Shown: piece after piece, positions 59,943 to 64,000 of the stretch
How the letters are laid out: each line of letters opens with the position of its first letter
Numbering within the stretch: the stretch's first letter is position 1
Made by a program: the position numbers and the translations under genes
Assembly (NCBI GenBank): GCA_965218095.1
Contig: OZ244587.1
Location: forward strand, 3,744,001-3,808,000
Direction: 5' to 3'
Source of the DNA: Candidatus Poribacteria bacterium
Lineage (GTDB): Bacteria > Poribacteria > WGA-4E > PCPOR2b
DNA length: 64,000 nt
Notes under the pieces: model-generated
Database searches by the model: none
What the model was told of the DNA's origin: nothing
Seen by the model: the letters and a program-made list of their open reading frames with translations, nothing else

Positions 59943-61607
59943 ATGCACGTCAAATCGATAGCAAAATGGTTTTTCATTTTCACATATTTTATGCGGATTC
60001 AGGACCCAATCGCCGCAGAAACCCTTCCTCAATTTGTCGATATTACTAGGGAGGCGGGAATCGATTTTGTCCACAATAGCGGCGCTTTTGGGGAAAGGTA
60101 CCTTCCAGAAACGATAGGTTCTGGTTGTGCATTTATCGACTATGACAACGATGGTTGGCAAGATATTCTGTTAGTGAGCGGTAAAGATTGGCCCGGGCAT
60201 TCAACCGGAAAACGGCAAACGATGGGACTTTATTGCAACAACCATGATGGAACCTTCACGGATGTCACGAAAACCGCCGGGCTTGCTGTGGAATTGTACG
60301 GAATGGGTGTCGCGGTGGGCGACTATGATAACGATGGGGATGACGACTTTTATATAAGCTGTCTGGCGGAAGACCGGTTGTTCCAGAATCAGGGAGATGG
60401 AACCTTCGTCGATGTGACGAAGCAGGCTGGGATTCACAACCCCGGTTTTGGGACAAGCTGCGCTTGGTTGGATTACGACAAAGATGGTAATCTCGATCTC
60501 TATGTCGCCAATTATCTGGAGTGGTCAATTGAAACGGATATCTTCTGCACCTTAGACGGCACGAATAAATCGTATTGTACCCCGGAACCATATCAAGGAC
60601 AGTCAAGCCGGCTATTTAGAAATCGCGGCGACGGCACTTTTGCCGATGTGTCGCGGATCGCGCGGGTTGAGGACCCAACGAGCAAATCGCTCGGCGTCTG
60701 TGTTTTCGACTACAACGACGACGGCTTGCCCGACATTTTCGAGGCAAATGACACGCAGCCGAATAAGCTCTATCAGAACAATGGAGACGGGACCTTTATC
60801 GAAAGAGGGATGATCGCCGGTATCGCTTATGATGAGAGCGGGGTTGCAAGAGGGGCAATGGGAATTGACGCGGGAGATTATGATAGCAGCGGCAAAGAAA
60901 GCCTTGTCATCGGCAATTTCTCCAATGAGATGATGAATCTCTATCATAACGAAGGAGAACTTTTTATCGATGATGCATCCATCGCTAACATCGGGAGCGC
61001 GAGTCTATTGACGTTGGCATTTGGCTGTTTCTTCTTTGATTTCGACCTAGATAGTAAACTCGATATTTTTGCAGCCAATGGTCATGTTGAAGACAACATC
61101 AACGCCGTGCAGAGCGAAGTCACTTATGCACAACCCCCACACCTGTTTCGCAACACCGGTGATGGCAAGTTCGAGGACGTCGCGCTAAAAGTTGGCTCAG
61201 ACCTCCAGAAGCCAATCGTCGGACGCGGTGCGGCGTATGGGGACATCGACAACGACAGCGATTGGGATGTGCTTGTCACCACGTCCAACGGCGCCGCCCA
61301 TTTATACCGTAACGATGGCGGGGTTCAAAATAACTGGATTAAACTGAAATTGATCGGGACGAAAAGCAATCGGAGCGGGGTCGGCGCAAAGATTACGGTC
61401 AAGTCAGAATCCGGAACGCAGACACGGACGCTGAAAAGTGGGGCGAGTTACTGTTCGCAGAGCGAGCTTTCAGCCATCTTCGGAATCGGGAATGACGCCC
61501 AGATCGATTCGATTACGGTGAACTGGCCCAGTGGGATTGTTGATCGGCTTGTTGACGTGAAGCCGAATCAGACGCTCGCTTTGGAAGAGGGCAAGGTGAA
61601 TGAGTAA
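59943..61607 (+). CDS. CRTAC1-like FG-GAP/ASPIC-UnbV protein
   Basis: DYDNDG repeats, NRSGVGAKI, GASYCSQSE, WPSG. Confidence 0.92.
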   Translation: MHVKSIAKWFFIFTYFMRIQDPIAAETLPQFVDITREAGIDFVHNSGAFGERYLPETIGSGCAFIDYDNDGWQDILLVSGKDWPGHSTGKRQTMGLYCNNHDGTFTDVTKTAGLAVELYGMGVAVGDYDNDGDDDFYISCLAEDRLFQNQGDGTFVDVTKQAGIHNPGFGTSCAWLDYDKDGNLDLYVANYLEWSIETDIFCTLDGTNKSYCTPEPYQGQSSRLFRNRGDGTFADVSRIARVEDPTSKSLGVCVFDYNDDGLPDIFEANDTQPNKLYQNNGDGTFIERGMIAGIAYDESGVARGAMGIDAGDYDSSGKESLVIGNFSNEMMNLYHNEGELFIDDASIANIGSASLLTLAFGCFFFDFDLDSKLDIFAANGHVEDNINAVQSEVTYAQPPHLFRNTGDGKFEDVALKVGSDLQKPIVGRGAAYGDIDNDSDWDVLVTTSNGAAHLYRNDGGVQNNWIKLKLIGTKSNRSGVGAKITVKSESGTQTRTLKSGASYCSQSELSAIFGIGNDAQIDSITVNWPSGIVDRLVDVKPNQTLALEEGKVNE

Positions 61608-61742
61608 GGTCGGCCATCTTTTTCGTCTGGCACAACAGTTCGCAATCTGCTATACTTTTTTCGCAAAGGGCCATCTTGGCTGCGTGGAAAACATTCGGAT
61701 GGCTCGGCGCAATTATTCAAAAGCAAGAATGACTTCAGGTGT

Positions 61743-64000
61743 TTACTGAAACTCTCCACGAATCATCACCGAACTTGCCACCGAAATAAAATCCCGCCCC
61801 TCTTCGACATGATCGTCGTTGTAGCTGAGTCCAAGATTCAGATTTGCAGTCAGGCGAGTGCTCAACTCGTACCCAAGACGTAAGGAGGTCTCGTATCGCT
61901 CAGATCGTTCCTCCCGATTCGCCCCGAACCTTTCACGACGGAGAACCGTTGAAAAGGTGTTCGTGAGATCTAAGTCGTGCTTGAGGGGAATCCTTTTGCC
62001 AATGAACGGGAGGCGGAGTCCGCCTTCCAGCCGTACTCGGTAATCGATGCTGAGGTTCGGGGTGATAATCAACGAAGTGCTATCAATTCCGTATCTTTCC
62101 TGCTCACGCCGTGTCAGGCGAATACCTAAAGCGCTCCTTGTCGCCTGCTCCCATGTTTGACTCCAACTGATTGAAGGCTCGTGGGCGATGCTTTCGCCGA
62201 TCCGGGTGTTGATGTTGCTCTGATCCCGTAACGTATAGCGGTATCTCATTTGAAGGGTCGAGGTGTTGTTTCCGTTGAAAATCTTAATATCCCCTTCATA
62301 ACTTGAGGACTTGGATCGGGAAGAAGTGCTCGACGTTTTGGTGAAGTTGTTGTTGAAGTCAATATTGCTGCCAAGCGACGCCCACCCCCATGGATCGACA
62401 GAGGTGCGAAATCCGTAGCGGGTCCCTTGGCGGGACTGCGTACGTTCCTCTGCCTCATCCGGGAGTTCTAAGATCTCCACAATCGATATACCTGGATTGA
62501 GCCGCCGGAGGGAGTCCTGGGTATTGAAACTCACATTCGCATTCAGTCCAAAACTTTCGATACTTCTGCGAAAGAGCCCGGTTTCCCCTTTCTCTCGCTG
62601 GCTTTGCCGCTTTCTCAACTTACGTTCCAGTTCCGCCTTATCTCGACTAATCCAATCCCCTCTTTGGCTCTCTACCTCTTCAATCATATCCTGATCAATT
62701 CCTCTGTGTTCAAGTCGTTCGAGTTCCCGTTGGCGTCTTTCTTCAAGTCGCATCTCCTCCTCAAAGCTGTCAAATTCTGCGGACGGCTTAGATTTTGCTT
62801 CTCCTCCTTCCTTGCTTCCTTCCTTGCTTCCTTTTTTCCCTTCACCCCCTTCTTCGTCTATACCCTCTCCATCTGCTTCGGCTGGCGTTTCCGGTTCCGG
62901 TTCCCGGAATAGCCATCCGAACCATGCCCGTGGACGGATGTTGAGTCCCAGGCTAACATTCGCATTGATCGAAGCATCCTTCTTATCGCCGAACCAGTTT
63001 TCACGGAAGCTGACCCGGTTGTTAATTGTTGGGCGTATGCCCAGCAGATCGCGGTTGAGACGCGGGTGCAGAGAAAGTCGATGCTCACGTTGCGCAATGG
63101 TGAATTCTGGCTCCACTGCTGGTTCATCTGTACCCTGCGTATCCGTTGTTGTTGGTGTCGTGCTTGTCGGTAGTCCGAAACCGCTAAAACCAAATCCACG
63201 CCCGCGCTGGGCGTTCGGATCTCGTTTCTCAAGTGTGCGGCGAATCTCATAGGTTGGATTCAGACTGAAACTCGAAATCGGGCTAATGTCGATTGAGATA
63301 CTTCCGCTGTCGACCTTTTCATCCCGGTTGCGTCCATAGCCATAGCCGAATGAGGATCTGCCGCCCCCCGAAGTGTCTGTCACGGTTGATGGATCTGTTT
63401 CAACATCCTCGTGGCGATACTGGAGGTCAAGTCCAAAAACCGAGCCGAGACCGAACCGGAAAGAGCCCGTGTAGAGATCGCTAATTTCTGTGCCTTGACG
63501 TTCGTTCCAGAAGTCCTGCCGATTGAGCGCAAATCCCAACGCCGGCAGTGGCTGCAAATTGAGTCTCACAGAAAAATCGCGATTCTTTGTTTTGCTTTCG
63601 CCGCTCTGGAAAGAACGAAACGACCCACGCTGACTTTCTGTCTCAGTTTCCTGCTCACGGATAGAGTAGCGGATTGGCAGCCAGTGGAAAAGGTTGAGCT
63701 CTGTATCAATGTTGAAGTCGTTACTCGTTGTGCTGAACCCTCGATCTAGCCGGCGTTGGCGTCCTGTATCACCGGCGGAACTCTCAAAATCTTTGTCCTG
63801 TCTTGCGTATCCGCCGTTTACCTGGAGCATATTTCCGAGTGCAATAGACACGTTGCCGCGCCGCGCCCAACCGGAACGCACGAGAGGATTACTCACATGG
63901 ATCTCGTTAACCCACACTTCACCGCTGATCTCCTGATTCGTGTCGTTGCGAATGCCGAGCAGGATGCCGCCGATATTCTTAATCGAAAGCTGAGAACTGT
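61743..64000 (-). CDS. 3' part of a large SprA-like outer-membrane beta-barrel protein (continues past the window end)
   Basis: Frame open to the edge: LSIKNIGGILLGIRN...SGEVWVNEIHV resembles the SprA IGVRN...GEVWxNEL motif; alternating beta-strand pattern; penultimate Phe. Confidence 0.65.
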   Translation of the reverse strand, partial: SSQLSIKNIGGILLGIRNDTNQEISGEVWVNEIHVSNPLVRSGWARRGNVSIALGNMLQVNGGYARQDKDFESSAGDTGRQRRLDRGFSTTSNDFNIDTELNLFHWLPIRYSIREQETETESQRGSFRSFQSGESKTKNRDFSVRLNLQPLPALGFALNRQDFWNERQGTEISDLYTGSFRFGLGSVFGLDLQYRHEDVETDPSTVTDTSGGGRSSFGYGYGRNRDEKVDSGSISIDISPISSFSLNPTYEIRRTLEKRDPNAQRGRGFGFSGFGLPTSTTPTTTDTQGTDEPAVEPEFTIAQREHRLSLHPRLNRDLLGIRPTINNRVSFRENWFGDKKDASINANVSLGLNIRPRAWFGWLFREPEPETPAEADGEGIDEEGGEGKKGSKEGSKEGGEAKSKPSAEFDSFEEEMRLEERRQRELERLEHRGIDQDMIEEVESQRGDWISRDKAELERKLRKRQSQREKGETGLFRRSIESFGLNANVSFNTQDSLRRLNPGISIVEILELPDEAEERTQSRQGTRYGFRTSVDPWGWASLGSNIDFNNNFTKTSSTSSRSKSSSYEGDIKIFNGNNTSTLQMRYRYTLRDQSNINTRIGESIAHEPSISWSQTWEQATRSALGIRLTRREQERYGIDSTSLIITPNLSIDYRVRLEGGLRLPFIGKRIPLKHDLDLTNTFSTVLRRERFGANREERSERYETSLRLGYELSTRLTANLNLGLSYNDDHVEEGRDFISVASSVMIRGEFQ

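Overview
Bacterial chromosomal window with no rRNA, tRNA or CRISPR array seen. The gene content (three tandem LamG proteins ending in AVSPSGKLATTWAEIK, four FG-GAP/ASPIC-UnbV proteins, two PhyH dioxygenases, a decayed AAA/PD-(D/E)XK gene) suggests Candidatus Poribacteria or a relative; this is an inference, not a database result. It encodes a Tat-exported xanthine-dehydrogenase-family molybdoenzyme operon, a multiheme PQQ-type dehydrogenase, amine/amide catabolic enzymes, a TRAP permease, ABC ATPases, an NtrY/NtrX-like pair and the 3' part of an SprA-like outer-membrane protein. Mobile DNA is dense: four IS5-family copies, IS3, IS982, IS701, another DDE IS, two MITEs and several REP-like families. 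The most unusual signal is a family of tiny (24-33 bp, nearly always 3n) asymmetric hairpin-plus-tail insertions, consensus CCGATnnnATCGRGATTCRRAGCAA plus a 2-bp (CC/TC) direct repeat. They sit in frame inside proteins (three sites in one gene, which also has a fourth unrelated 33-bp insert), nest inside each other, and land in REP loops and a dead transposase. All coordinates and alignments were done by eye, and homolog comparisons rely on remembered family consensus.
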